From: Macrostomum hystrix
Lineage: Eukaryota; Animalia; Platyhelminthes
Direction: 5' to 3'
NCBI GenBank assembly: GCA_950097015.1
Contig: CATNEN010000001.1
Coordinates: 9,610,001-9,674,000 of the forward strand
DNA length: 64,000 nt
Made by a program: the position numbers and the translations under genes. Under the pieces are notes generated by a model that worked only from the letters and a program-made list of their open reading frames with translations, was not told where the DNA came from and searched no databases. Positions 11,701 to 24,053 of this stretch are shown piece by piece. The first letter of the stretch is position 1, and each line of letters starts with the position of its first letter.

Positions 11701-13841
11701 ATGAACAAAATGTCTGACTAAAACAGCGTCTTAATGCCAAACCTGAGTAGGTGTTGGGCAGGTGTAGCAGCAGTTCCTGTGCACCACCTGCATGTGTTTG
11801 ATCAGCTCCTCGGGTGCAATGGACCAGCCCAGCTTCCAGCCTGTGGCACTGAATGTCTTGCCTGCGCTGCCAATAGTGATTGTCCTCTGCCACATGCCAG
11901 GCAGGGTTGCTATGCGCTGGTGTCGGCTGCCCGGATACACCTTTGGTTGGGGAGGATGAGTTCGGCATTACTCTCATCCACCTGTTCTAATGATCGGTCA
12001 TTACCCTCATCCACCTGTTCTAATGATCGGTCATTACCCTCATCCATCCACCTGTTCTAATGATCGGTCATTACCCTCATCCACCTGTTCTAATGATCGG
12101 TCATTACCCTCATCCACCTGTTCTAATGATCGGTCATTACCCTCATCCACCTGTTCTAATGATCGATCATTACCCTCATCCACCTTTTCTAATGATCGGT
12201 CATTACCCTCATCCAACTGTTCTAATGATGGGTCATTACCCTCATCCACCTGTTCTAATGATGGGTCATTACCCTCATCCACCTGTTCTAATGATCGGTC
12301 ATTACCCTCATCCACCTGTTCTAATCATCGATCATTACCCTCATCCACCTTTTCTAATGATCGGTCATTACCCTCATTCACCTGTTCTAATGATCGGTCA
12401 TTACCATCTAGCTAGTCATTCAAATCAGAAGATAATAGACCGCAAATCAACCCACCAGCCACTCGTAGACCTCATCGCTAAGACAGATAACGTCGTGCTT
12501 GCAGCACAAATCAGCCAGTGTGCTCAACTCGTTGAAGTCGAAAACTTTTCCAACAGGATTATTCGGCGTGTTCATGATTAGCATCTTAGTTCGGGAGCTG
12601 AATGCCGACCTCAATTGGTCATCATCCCAGCGCCAGTCTTGAGCTGATCGACGCTTAGTTGAATTGGCCGAAGGTCGCAGTGGAACAAAGACCGGACGAC
12701 CGCCTGCGGAACGAACCATGGGTTCGTAGCAGTCGAAAAATGGTTCAATAATCACAACTTCGTCGCCATCGTCAACTAGAGATTGAATGGCGGTGTAGAG
12801 GCACATGTAGCCGCCGTTCGAGATCAGAATATTCTCAATGGGATCGATTGCTTGTTGAAGCTCCGTGGTGTACAGCTTGGCCAGGGCGTTTACCAGTCTG
12901 GGGTGGCCCTGCGTTGAGAGACATTTGATCAGTGCCACTCCTCACTGGTCATAGATTAATATTATTTCTTATCTACAAAATCTACTTCTACCTGGCGTCT
13001 ATCTATTTCTCACCTGTCATCTTATATATTTCTCACCTGTCATCTTATATATTTCTCACCTGTCATCTTATATATTTCTCACTTATCTATCTACTCCTTA
13101 CCTGTCCTCCATCTACTTCTCACCTGTTATCTATCTACTTCTCACTTGTCATCTATCTACTTCTGACCTTTCATCTGTCTACTTCTCACTTGTCATCTAT
13201 CTACTTCTGACCTTTCACCTGTCTACTTCTCACTTGTCATCAATTTACTTCTCACCTGTCATCTGTCTACTTCTCACCTGTCATCTGTCTACTTCTCACC
13301 TGTCATCTGTCTACTTCTCACTTTTCATCTATCTACTTCTCACCTGTCACCTGTCTACTTCTCACCTGTCACCGCACCACTTATCTATCAGTTTATCACA
13401 TGTCGTCTATTAACTTCTCACCTGTCCTGCTTCGATTTCTGTACTCAAATAAAGCCGGACTCACATATCCCCTAGTGTACTGATGCAAAAGCGGATTCTT
13501 AGAATTGGCCACATCGGCCAAAGCCTTTGTCACTGAATTTGGCGGCGCATAATCTGGGAAGCCCTGATAAAGTTGAAAATAGAATTCCTTTAATAAATAT
13601 TGATGCAAATAGTTGTAAATCAATCAAAACCAACCTAGTGAAGTCTCACCTGTCCCAAATTTAGTGCTTTGTGCTTCACAGCCAATGCCGAGTACATGAC
13701 CCTAAAATTTACGTTATCAAACAATTTTTTAACAGTTTCTTTCTTTCATTAATCGTTTCAAAAATCCGTTACTGACCATATATTCTCAACATTAGAGAAT
13801 GCTTCAAAGCGTTTAGCAATGCTGAATCTACTTGACGCCAT
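8760..13841 (-). CDS. KYAT3: Kynurenine--oxoglutarate transaminase / cysteine conjugate beta-lyase (KYAT1/3-like) paralog A, 7 exons, 431 aa
   Basis: Exons 13841-13777, 13701-13650, 13563-13465, 12908-12456, 11940-11743, 11258-11094 and 9023-8760 splice in frame (1296 nt). Motifs [58 protein letters not shown] (PLP Lys), GGYFMLVD, IRLCFIK. KYAT1 versus KYAT3 orthology cannot be resolved from sequence alone. Confidence 0.9.
9120..9594. repeat. 16-bp minisatellite (aactcgacccattccc), KYAT-A intron 6
   Basis: Tandem array; reverse complement of the array at 11285-11680. Confidence 0.9.
9595..11060 (+). mobile_element. 5'-truncated non-LTR retrotransposon (I/R1/LOA group): RT thumb end, RNase H, CCHC knuckle; antisense within KYAT-A intron 6
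   Basis: ORF 9659-10939 has RNase H motifs YTDGS, E, HSDS, WIPGHAG.GNEMAD and CPFC...[10 protein letters not shown]. Upstream in-frame [15 protein letters not shown]. 3' tail (TAAGTCAAG)2. TSD (C)ATTCCCAG at 9586-9594 and 11060-11068. Confidence 0.9.
11285..11680. repeat. 16-bp minisatellite (gggaatgggtcgagtt), KYAT-A intron 5
   Basis: Tandem array, inverted relative to 9120-9594. Confidence 0.9.
11974..12405. repeat. 33-bp minisatellite (tcatccacctgttctaatgatcggtcattaccc), KYAT-A intron 4
   Basis: About 13 tandem units with an internal near-palindrome TAATGATCGRTCATTA. Confidence 0.9.
12985..13428. repeat. ~23-bp minisatellite (ttctcacctgtcatctatctac), KYAT-A intron 3
   Basis: Degenerate tandem array; the sense (minus) strand reads GACAG|GTGAGA. 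Confidence 0.8.
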
Positions 13842-14350
13842 TTGCTTGTCGGACTGAAGTGAAAAATTATAACGAAATTCGTGTAACCTACTTGCAGTAG
13901 GATAAATATTAAATAAATTTTATCTGCAAATCAATTACTGAATCAAAACTAAACAGAGCAATCATTTTCTTGGACATGGAGATTATTCTTAGTTGAAAAA
14001 AAACAAGGTTTTTTTAGTTTTAAAACAAATACCGATTCAAATGTGTTGTCAGTTGATGCCATCATAGGATTAACCAGAGATAGGATTAACTGTTAGTAAC
14101 TTATGTAGCTGCAACAGTGAAAAAATGCATTTTATATCATAAGAAATATAAACCAACCATATCCATATTTAATCGTAACTCAAAACGGTCCTCCTTCAGT
14201 TTTTTAAACAAAAATGATAAGATATGAACTTTGTACTTTAATTACTGCACTGAACTTTTGTAGTGTGTACTCTTTTAAACGAAGTTGTCATTCTGTGTTA
14301 AAGAATAACGTTAGCTTTTACATAGTACTCGTACATACAGACACATGCTT

Positions 14351-15690
14351 CTATTGGTAGATTTTGAGACCATCTGACACCCTGTCTATTGGTAGATTTT
14401 GAGACCATCTGACACCCTGTCTATTGGTAGATTTTGAGACCATCTGACACCCTGTCTATTGGTAGATTTTGAGAACATCTAACACCCTGTCTATTGGTAG
14501 ATTTTGAGAACGTCTGACACACTGTCTATTAGTAGATTTTGAGAACATCTGACACCCTGTCTATTAGTAGATTTTGAGAACATCTGACACCCTACCCTGT
14601 CTTCTGGTAGATTTTGAGACCATCTAACACCCTGTCTATTGGTAGATTTTGAGACCATCTGACACCCTGTCTATTAGTAGATTTTGAGACCATCTGACAC
14701 CCTACCCTGTCTTCTGGTAGATTTTGAGACCATCTGACACCCTACCCTGTCTTCTGGTAGATTTTGAGACCATCTGACACCCTACCCTGTCTTCTGGTAG
14801 ATTTTGAGACCATCTAACACCCTGTCTATTAGTAGATTTTGAGAACATCTGACACCCTACCCTGTCTTCTGGTAGATTTTGAGACCATCTGACACCCTAC
14901 CCTGTCTTCTGGTAGATTTTGAGACCATCTAACACCCTGTCTATTAGTAGATTTTGAGAACATCTGACACCCTACCCTGTCTTCTGGTAGATTTTGAGAC
15001 CATCTAACACCCTGTCTATTGGTAGATTTTGAGACCATCTGACACCCTGTCTATTAGTAGATTTTGAGACCATCTGACACCCTACCCTGTCTTCTGGTAG
15101 ATTTTGAGACCATCTGACACCCTACCCTGTCTTCTGGTAGATTTTGAGACCATCTGACACCCTACCCTGTCTTCTGGTAGATTTTGAGACCATCTGACAC
15201 CCTACCCTGTCTTCTGGTAGATTTTGAGACCATCTAACACCCTGTCTATTAGTAGATTTTGAGAACATCTGACACCCTACCCTGTCTTCTGGTAGATTTT
15301 GAGACCATCTGACACCCTACCCTGTCTTCTGGTAGATTTTGAGACCATCTAACACCCTGTCTATTAGTAGATTTTGAGAACATCTGACACCCTACCCTGT
15401 CTTCTGGTAGATTTTGAGACCATCTAACACCCTGTCTATTGGTAGATTTTGAGACCATCTGACACCCTGTCTATTAGTAGATTTTGAGACCATCTGACAC
15501 CCTACCCTGTCTTCTGGTAGATTTTGAGACCATCTGACACCCTACCCTGTCTTCTGGTAGATTTTGAGACCATCTGACACCCTACCCTGTCTTCTGGTAG
15601 ATTTTGAGACCATCTGACACCCTACCCTGTCTTCTGGTAGATTTTGAGACCATCTGACACCTTACCCTGTCTTCTGGTAGATTTTGAGAT
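14351..15690. repeat. 35/41-bp minisatellite with 420-bp higher-order duplication
   Basis: Units ggtagattttgagaccatctgacaccct(accct)gtct. Identical 69-aa ORFs at 14829 and 15249 show an exact 420-bp period. Confidence 0.9.
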
Positions 15691-16185
15691 AAACGTCAAT
15701 CATAGCACTTTAGTACGTTGAGTTTTACTAGAAAACTATTTTAGAGATAGTTTTTGTTAAGCGAACAAAATGTCCTGTTTAAGTATTATACAATGTAACC
15801 TTATTTGCTTCTAATTATCGTGATGTAAAAGGAATAAATGTTCTTTATTGTAAATTAGTATTTTAATATTATATTGCATTTCAATCGTGTATTTTTATAT
15901 TCAAAAAATCAATAAGAAAACAATACTGATTAAACATATAATTAACTATGATGAAGTAAATCTGAAAATATGTGAATAAAAACTGCAATTTAAACACGAT
16001 TAATCAAGTTTGTACTAACTATGGCAACCCATATAGTTTTCCTGCGTTAAATTCAGGAACCATAGACTATACTCTTATTAACCCTTAGACCTGTGACCTT
16101 AGACCACATCGTCAGCCTCAATTGAGTGAGACCAGTAGGCTATTTCAGAGCCCGTGAAATGGTTGTCAGGGAGATGGTCTGGAAG

Positions 16186-16553
16186 GGGGGTCGGTGGCAG
16201 AGCGGTCAACGCGTTTGCCTCTCGCACCAAGGTCCCTAAGTTCGATTCCACGGCGAGGCCTCATTTATTTGGGGCGCAGCCGCCGAGAGAAGGCTTGGTG
16301 GCTTGTCGTGCAATTTACGCCTTGAGGGCCAACCTCCAAGGCACACTGAGTGTACCACTGCCTGACGATGAGAAAGTCAGGGCAGATGTACACACATGTG
16401 TGAGCGTGTGCCTGCGTACAGTATCTGTGTGCGTGTGTGCTCCGGAGTCAGCGAAATGGGCAGAATTGCCTCCTCGCTGGCTGCGGGTCTAGTGTCACCA
16501 AATGATGTGCCATTGCCCGCAGCCCTCCTGCAACTATTATTATTATTATTATT
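16186..16553 (+). mobile_element. Full-length tRNA-derived SINE family A with 12-bp TSD
   Basis: A-box TGGCAGAGCGG, B-box GTTCGATTCC, (TTA)n tail, TSD ATGGTCTGGAAG at 16174-16185 and 16554-16565. Confidence 0.92.
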
Positions 16554-16895
16554 ATGGTCTGGAAGTGCACCAGAACATACCGCATGTACATTATGGTCAA
16601 GGGTCTTAAGTGGATTCTCTCGATCGATGTTTTGTGATTTAGGAAGTTGTTTCATCGGAAATTTTTTGCCCGTGTTCTGAATTTTCATAGCAATTTGTTG
16701 AATATTTTAGGAGATACAGAAAAAAATTTTGAGCATTTGAAATACCCCCTTGGTGTTTCTACCGGAAATAGCTCGCGGTAAATGGTTCATAAATTAAGCC
16801 GTTCCATTAGGTTTTACCATAGACAGTCTCTGATAATAGACAGTCACTACGCCGCTGAATAGTCAATAAAATTTCAGACACATTGGGAAAATTGT

Positions 16896-19800
16896 TTAGC
16901 TTGTTTCCACATTAGCCGCAGCATCAGCCGCTGCCAACGCACTCTCCAAAAGTTTCAAGCCTTCAATAATTGTCTCCGGCTTTTTGTTGAGACAAATTCT
17001 CAGATAGCCGTGCCCAACAGTGGTCCGAAATTCTGCCGAATAAAACAGCGAAGCTGGAATGGCTGCTAGGCTGAAATGGCGAGTGATTGTCTCCACAATG
17101 GGCACGTCTGAAGCGGTGCCGAGTTCAAGCGGTTCAGTTAGAAGCGGCAATAGCCTTGGTGCCACCGGAATCAGCATAAACCACCCGCCATGAGGTAGCA
17201 CGCACGGCATTCCAAGTCGTGACAGCTCAGCCGCAGCCAAATCTCGATTCCTAACCAGATGGGCCTTCAATTCGGCTAGGCATGACGAAGCTGAATCATC
17301 ATCTACAGACAACCCAGCTGGTGAAATCTCTAAGCTGAGCACTCGACCAACAGCGGCCTGCAATAATCCGGAAACGCTATAGATCGCTTCACCTTGCACG
17401 GTGACCACGTGACGGATTAGCGAAGGCGGACCAACGCACCAACCAATGCGCCAGCCAGTGATGTTGAAACACTTGCCCGCACTGCCGATTGTGACGGTTC
17501 GTTCCCACATGCCTGCAGGATGAGACCAACTTGAGACTAGTAGATTTTGAGACCAATCTGACACATTCATCATTGGTTGATTTTGAGACCAATCTGACAC
17601 ATTCATCATTGGTAGATTTTGAGACCAATCTGACACATTCATCATTGGTTGCTTTTGAGACCAATCTGACACATTCATCATTGGTAGATTTTGAGACCAA
17701 TCTGATGCATTCATCATTGGTAGATTTTGAGACCAATCTGATACATTCATCATTGGTTGATTTTGAGACCAATCTGACACATTCATCATTGGTAGATTTT
17801 GAGACCAATCTGACACATTCATCATTGGTTGATTTTGAGACCAATCTGACACATTCATCATTGGTAGATTTTGAGACCAATCTGACACATTCATCATTGG
17901 TAGATTTTGAGACCAATCTGACACATTCATCATTGGTAGATTTTGAGACCAATCTGACACATTCATCATTGGTTGCTTTTGAGACCAATCTGACACATTC
18001 ATCATTGGTAGATTTTGAGACCAATCTGATGCATTCATCATTGGTAGATTTTGAGACCAATCTGATACATTCATCATTGGTTGATTTTGAGACCAATCTG
18101 ACACATTCATCATTGGTAGATTTTGAGACCAATCTGACACATTCATCATTGGTTGATTTTGAGACCAATCTGACACATTCATCATTGGTAGATTTTGAGA
18201 CCAATCTGACACATTCATCATTGGTAGATTTTGAGACCAATCTGACACATTCATCATTGGTTGATTTTGTGACCAATCTGACACATTCATCATTGGTAGA
18301 TTTTGAGACCAATCTGACACATTCATCATTGGTAGATTTTGAGACCAATCTGACACATTCATCATTGGTTGATTCTGAGACCAATCTGACACATTCATCA
18401 TTGGTAGATTTTGAGACCAATCTGACACATTCATCATTGGTAGATTTTGAGACCAATCTGATACATTCATCATTGGTTGATTTTGTGACCAATCTGACAC
18501 ATTCATCATTGGTAGATTTTGAGACCAATCTGATACATTCATTATTGGTAGATTTTGAGACCAATCTGACACATTCATCATTGGTAGATTTTGAGACCAA
18601 TCTGATACATTCATCATTGGTAGATTTTGAGACCAATCTGACACATTCATCATTGGTAGATTTTGAGACCAATCTGACACATTCATCATTGGTAGATTTT
18701 GAGACCAATCTGACACATTCATTATTGGTAGATTTTGAGACCAATCTGACACATTCATCATTGGTAGATTTTGAGACCAATCTGACACATTCATCATTGG
18801 TAGATTTTGAGACCAATCTGACACATTCATCATTTGTAGATTTTGAGACCAATCTGACACATACAACATTGGTTGATTTTGAGACCAATCTGACACATTC
18901 ATCATTGGTAGATTTTGAGACCAATCTGACACATTCATCATTGGTAGATTTTGAGACCAATCTGACACATTCATCATTTGTAGATTTTGAGACCAATCTG
19001 ACACATTCATCATTGGTAGATTTTGAGACCAATCTGATACATTCATCATTGGTTGATTTTGAGACCAATCTGACACATTCATCATTGGTTGATTTTGAGA
19101 CCAATCTGACACATTCATCATTGGTAGATTTTGAGACCAATCTGACACATTCATCATTGGTTGATTTTGAGACCAATCTGATACATTCATTATTGGTAGA
19201 TTTTGAGACCAATCTGATACATTCATCATTGGTTGATTTTGAGACCAATCTGACACATTCATCATTGGTTAATTTTGAGGCCAATCTGACACATTCATCA
19301 TTGGTTGATTTTGAGACCAATCTGACACATTCATCATTGGTAGATTTTGAGACCAATCTGACACATTCATCATTGGTAGATTTTGAGACCAATCTGACAC
19401 ATTCATCATTGGTAGATTTTGAGACCAATCTGACACATTCATCATTGGTAGATTTTGAGACCAATCTGACACATTCATCATTGGTAGATTTTGAGACCAA
19501 TCTGACACATTCATCATTGGTACTAGATTTTGAGACCAATCTGACACATTCATCATTGGTAGATTTTGAGACCAATCTGACACATTCATCATTGGTAGAT
19601 TTTGAGACCAATCTGACACATTCATCATTGGTAGATTTTGAGACCAATCTGACACATTCATCATTGGTTGATTTTGAGACCAATCTGACACATTCATCAT
19701 TGGTAGATTTTGAGACCAATCTGACACATTCATCATTGGTAGATTTTGAGACCAATCTGACACATTCATCATTGGTAGATTTTGAGACCAATCTGACACA

Positions 19801-21638
19801 TTCATCATTGGTAGATTTTGAGACCAATCTGATACATTCATTATTGGTAGATTTTGAGACCAATCTGACACATTCATCATTGGTAGATTTTGAGACCAAT
19901 CTGATACATTCATCATTGGTAGATTTTGAGACCAATCTGACACATTCATCATTGGTAGATTTTGAGACCAATCTGACACATTCATCATTGGTAGATTTTG
20001 AGACCAATCTGACACATTCATCATTGGTTGATTTTGAGACCAATCTGACACATTCATCATTGGTTGATTTTGAGACCAATCTGACACATTCATCATTGGT
20101 AGATTTTGAGACCAATCTGATACATTCATCATTGGTAGATTTTGAGACCAATCTGACACATTCATCATTGGTTGATTTTGAGACCAATCTGACATCGTAA
20201 TATAAAACTTTATATATTTAAACTTTTAACATTGATGAATATCGTTCGCACCTTCAATATTAGCCATTCTCTGTCGCTTTCCATCATCAGCAAGTGCTGT
20301 CCATTCGTACACATCGTCGCTGACGCAGACAACATCGAAGCGCTGACACAACTCGGCAAGCGCGGCCAGCTCCGACCTACTGTACACTTTTCCCAACGGA
20401 TTCTGTGGCGAGTTGAGCACTAGAAGTTTGGTACGATTCGAGAACGCATTGGTCAGTTGGTTGACATCCCAAACCCAATCATTTGCGCTTGTGATATTCT
20501 TGTTATCATTGGCAGGGGGAGGTCGCAGTGATACGAACACTGGTTTAGCTCCGGCAGCGCGTACCATGGACGGATAGCTATCGTAGTACGGCTCAATAAT
20601 CACCACCTCGTCGCCAGGATTAACAAATGCGTTGAATGCGTTGAACAAACAACCCTTGGGAAAGTGTAAATAAAGGCTTATTAAAAACTTTCTCGTGCTA
20701 ATTTAACAGGCAATCGAAGCAAGTTTTTACTTGTAATACCAATTTAATAGACAAGTAGTTTTCTAAAAACACACTTGCCTTCAAAATCCATAAAAATTCC
20801 TAAAATAGCAATGCAAATCCGGAAAAACTACGTAAGAACAAACGAAAAAGCTTTCCGTTTAAATTAAGACTAGACAAGCACACACCCAACCAATCACAAC
20901 GCGCCAATGGGGTACGAAAGCTTCTAACGTGCGATTAGGCGAGGGTAATTAACTATTTAACAACCAATCAGATTTAAAAGGAAAATTTCAGGAATGCTAG
21001 ATAATGGGGTTGTGTATAAGGAAAACAGGGAATGTATTACTACCCAAGTCAGCAGGTTTTCAACCAAAAGTGACTACAGCTAAACGAAATTAAAAAATGT
21101 TTCATAATTTATTGTTTAGTTATATTTTACCTGAGCTCCAACGCCAACAGAAATGCTACCATCAGTTGGTTGAATTTGACGACCGAATTCAATGCTGTAA
21201 ATCTTGGCCAACGCAGATACAAGTTCTGCATGGCCCACCAGAGGTGCATACTGATGCTGTATTGCTGACGCCTTTGGACTTAATCTGGCTTCTTCTAATA
21301 TGGCCTCAAGAGCTGCAGAAACTGCCTCGGGTGGATTGTAATCTGGTGCACCCTGCATCAGAATGGAAGTGCTTGTGGTAATCTACTTTTGTAGTTCAGT
21401 AAAACAATAAATTTCATTTATTTGCTACAAATACTTACTTGACCAAGATTGATCTTTGCATATTTGTCAGCTAAAACTTTGCATGATGACCTGCAGTAAA
21501 ATATAAGAAAAATACTGCTTTGTTTTTATTGAGTAACAGAACTTAAAAATAATGAAATGTAAAAAGACAAAAAACTAACCACAAATTCTTTGTCACATGG
21601 GAGTATCTATTTGCAATCACAAACTTTTCTGATGACAT
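16896..21638 (-). CDS. Kynurenine aminotransferase-like (class I PLP aminotransferase) paralog B, 5 exons, 450 aa
   Basis: Exons 21638-21580, 21490-21439, 21352-21131, 20654-20252 and 17512-16896 splice in frame (1353 nt). Motifs INLGQGAPD, IEPYYDSY, NSPQNPLGK, SDDVYEW, SAGKCFNITGWRIGW, GGWFM, YLRICLNK. Confidence 0.88.
17540..20195. repeat. 36-bp minisatellite (ttggtagattttgagaccaatctgacacattcatca), ~74 copies, KYAT-B intron 4
   Basis: Highly homogeneous tandem array; shares its core with the 14351-15690 array. Confidence 0.95.
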
Positions 21639-22684
21639 TTATTTTTTTATTGAATTTTTGGCTGGAAGTTATAGTAAATAAAAAAGTACAAATTGAAGTC
21701 GGGCATAATATTATGCATACTATTTACTGAAATAAAAATTGTGTAACATTCTTACCCATGAGTTGCACGACAAAAAGTAGAGAAAACATTTATTTATTCG
21801 AGAGTATAAACTACAAATAAAAAATAAAGCTCATAGTTTCTTTATTGTTTCCAGTAATCGAATAGCAAGAAGCTTAAAATGCTACATACATGATACATTA
21901 GGGTTATTTCTATATAATTAGTTTGTCCAAATAGTATTATTTATGCTTAAAGACTGCCTAAAATTAACATGACATAATGTACCAACTTAAATCAATGAAA
22001 TAATTAAGTTGTGCTATTTACTTTTAAAGCAAAAAATAATTTCTGAACAAGAAGAGTGTATAGGGAATAAAAACAAAAAGCCTAAACTCATTTGACTCAG
22101 AAGTCTATGTGTTTCTATTTGATGTCGAAAAAATGATGCTTAACAAAATAACAAGAGCGTTTCTTAAAGAAATGTCTTCGCAATAATAGCTAATTGAATG
22201 CAGATCAAGACTAAAAATTATTGATTTTTCATTCCCAGTAACTATTTGTTAGAGATCTCGCATACGTCTACTATGAATAGTGAATAGGCCTACTATGTGG
22301 ACATGGGTTATGTAAGCAAGTGCTAGCTAAATTAAAATCCATGGCCTAGAAAACTAATCATATTTACAAATTTATTAGGTTATTAAGTTATTTTATATAT
22401 AACAAGAAACTCTCAGTGATGCTTTTTTTAGGTCTCAAATGACAGATTATGGTAAATAAACGTATTCTCGCAAATATTTTACCCGTTTCTCTATCATTTA
22501 TCTTATTCAACGAGGGGCACATAGTATATTCTCGGAAAACTGGTCAAGTTAAATTTGCACACATCTATCACTAAATGTATCTAAATAAATGTTGGACTTT
22601 AGGTACAGTCCTATTGTGAAAATAGTTATTGTATATATTTTAAGTTATTTAATATTTTACATTTTCCCATTACTTCTTTGTTTG

Positions 22685-23400
22685 TTATATAATGCGCAAT
22701 TGGAATTTGCCGACTGTGATCTGCAGGAACTCACCAAACTTCTCTTTAGTCATGCCCTTATCATAAATTTGGTAGTGCACGACACCGACACCTGGACAAA
22801 TGGCCAAGCAGACGGTAACTCGAAGTCCTTTTTGAGTAGCCACTTGCCTGTATACGCGTTCACCACGTCGAGAGCGCCATATTGATCGTCTCATCCATTT
22901 ATTAAAGCAAATTCATCGATGAAAATCTTATAGCCTGATACGAAATCGACAGAACAAAGCCTCTCGCAAAACTCTCTCCGCGATTCGATCACACGAGGGG
23001 AGTTGCGATCTGCAGGGAGATCTCGTGCCAACTTAGTGGGATACACGAGCTCCATCAAGCTTAACGCTGATCGTTTTCTCCGTTACGTGCGGCTTTTCTG
23101 GGAGTTGCTGGCGGAGATTAGCATTCATTTTTTTAGCGTGATAAGCGGATTCGCTTAGATGAGGCCAAGTACGTGGGCCTGCATTTCTCCATCCCACTTG
23201 AATCGTTTGGCTCCCCCCTTGGGCTGCTTTTGAGCGCTTCCGGCCTGACCTCACAATTGTGTACGCCGTTGACCTCTTGACTCCAAGTTGGCGCGCCAGT
23301 TCCACAAAGTCATCCCCATGATTCCACAAGCAGCCTTGATGATACGGTCTCTGTCACTTGCTTACAGTAGAGTACCGACGAGGCTGCTGTTCAACGATAT
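22685..23400 (-). mobile_element. Degenerate Tc1/mariner-IS630 transposase remnant
   Basis: Frameshifted pieces: HTH (ELARQLGVKRSTAYTIV), NANLRQQLPEKPHVTEKTISVKLDG, PADRNSPRVIESRREF, IFIDE (first catalytic D), RSRRGERVYRQVATQKGLRVTVCLAI...F.EFL. Confidence 0.75.
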
Positions 23401-24053
23401 CTTCATCGACTTCTGCTTCAAATTCATCATCGATTCCCTTCTTCTTCCAGCAATTCATCGTCTTCTTCAATCTGATCTTCAGCATTCATATCGTTTCTTG
23501 TTGCGCAAAGATTGCACAGTTATGCAGTGCAGGAAAATAAAAAAATTGATTAATGTAATAAAAATTGTATCTGTGTCAAAAATCTCTGTTGAAATAGAAT
23601 GTGACATTGTTTCCTTTGAAGTTCAAGTTTGCGCGTGCGCGTCACTTGGGGACAATTTAGGCCATAGACAGTCTGAATTGAATTTCTTCTGTTTCAATAG
23701 AAAGGGACTTTGTTTGAACTGAATTTCCGCAAGCGCTGATATTTCTTAAAGTGTTTGAATTGAAGTTTTGTTTGTTTCTTTTGAACTAGACTTTGTTAAA
23801 AATAGGAGGTCAAATGTATGTTACATATGGCTCAGAAAGTGAGTTCAAATTCATCAGCCACTGCCCATGCAGTAGTCTATGGCCGGCTGGCTCAGAAAGT
23901 GAGTTTGATTTCGACAGTTCAAATACACCAAAAAGTATGGTGGCTATATAAGGTAAATTAAGGTAAAAAGTGAGTGAATATGAGGGTGGGTATGAGGTGG
24001 AGGGTTTAAGAGTTTAACTCAATTTGTTAGTAGTGTAAATGAAATGAAGTTAG

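Noticed and set aside
16190-16260. tRNA genes at SINE heads (also ~915-990, 2021, 49735, 63420)
   Set aside because: A/B boxes are present but there is no intact cloverleaf, and each is followed by a SINE body.
16361-16460. Hammerhead-like CTGACGA...GAAA in SINE A
   Set aside because: No stem II can form between the boxes, and CTGAC is instead sequestered in a simple hairpin with GTCAG.
16450-16525. Complete HDV-like ribozyme in SINE A
   Set aside because: The P3/L3-like 14-mer is present, but there is no GG for P1.1, no P2 pairing, and the P1 partner lies downstream; simple hairpins explain the sequence.
14351-20195. CRISPR-like arrays (36-bp repeats)
   Set aside because: Units are contiguous with no unique spacers, there are no cas genes, and the context is eukaryotic.
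17389-20200. Very long ORFs (789-932 aa) of 12-aa repeats on both strands
   Set aside because: They are translations of a stop-poor 36-bp minisatellite inside a GT-AG intron whose removal restores KYAT-B.
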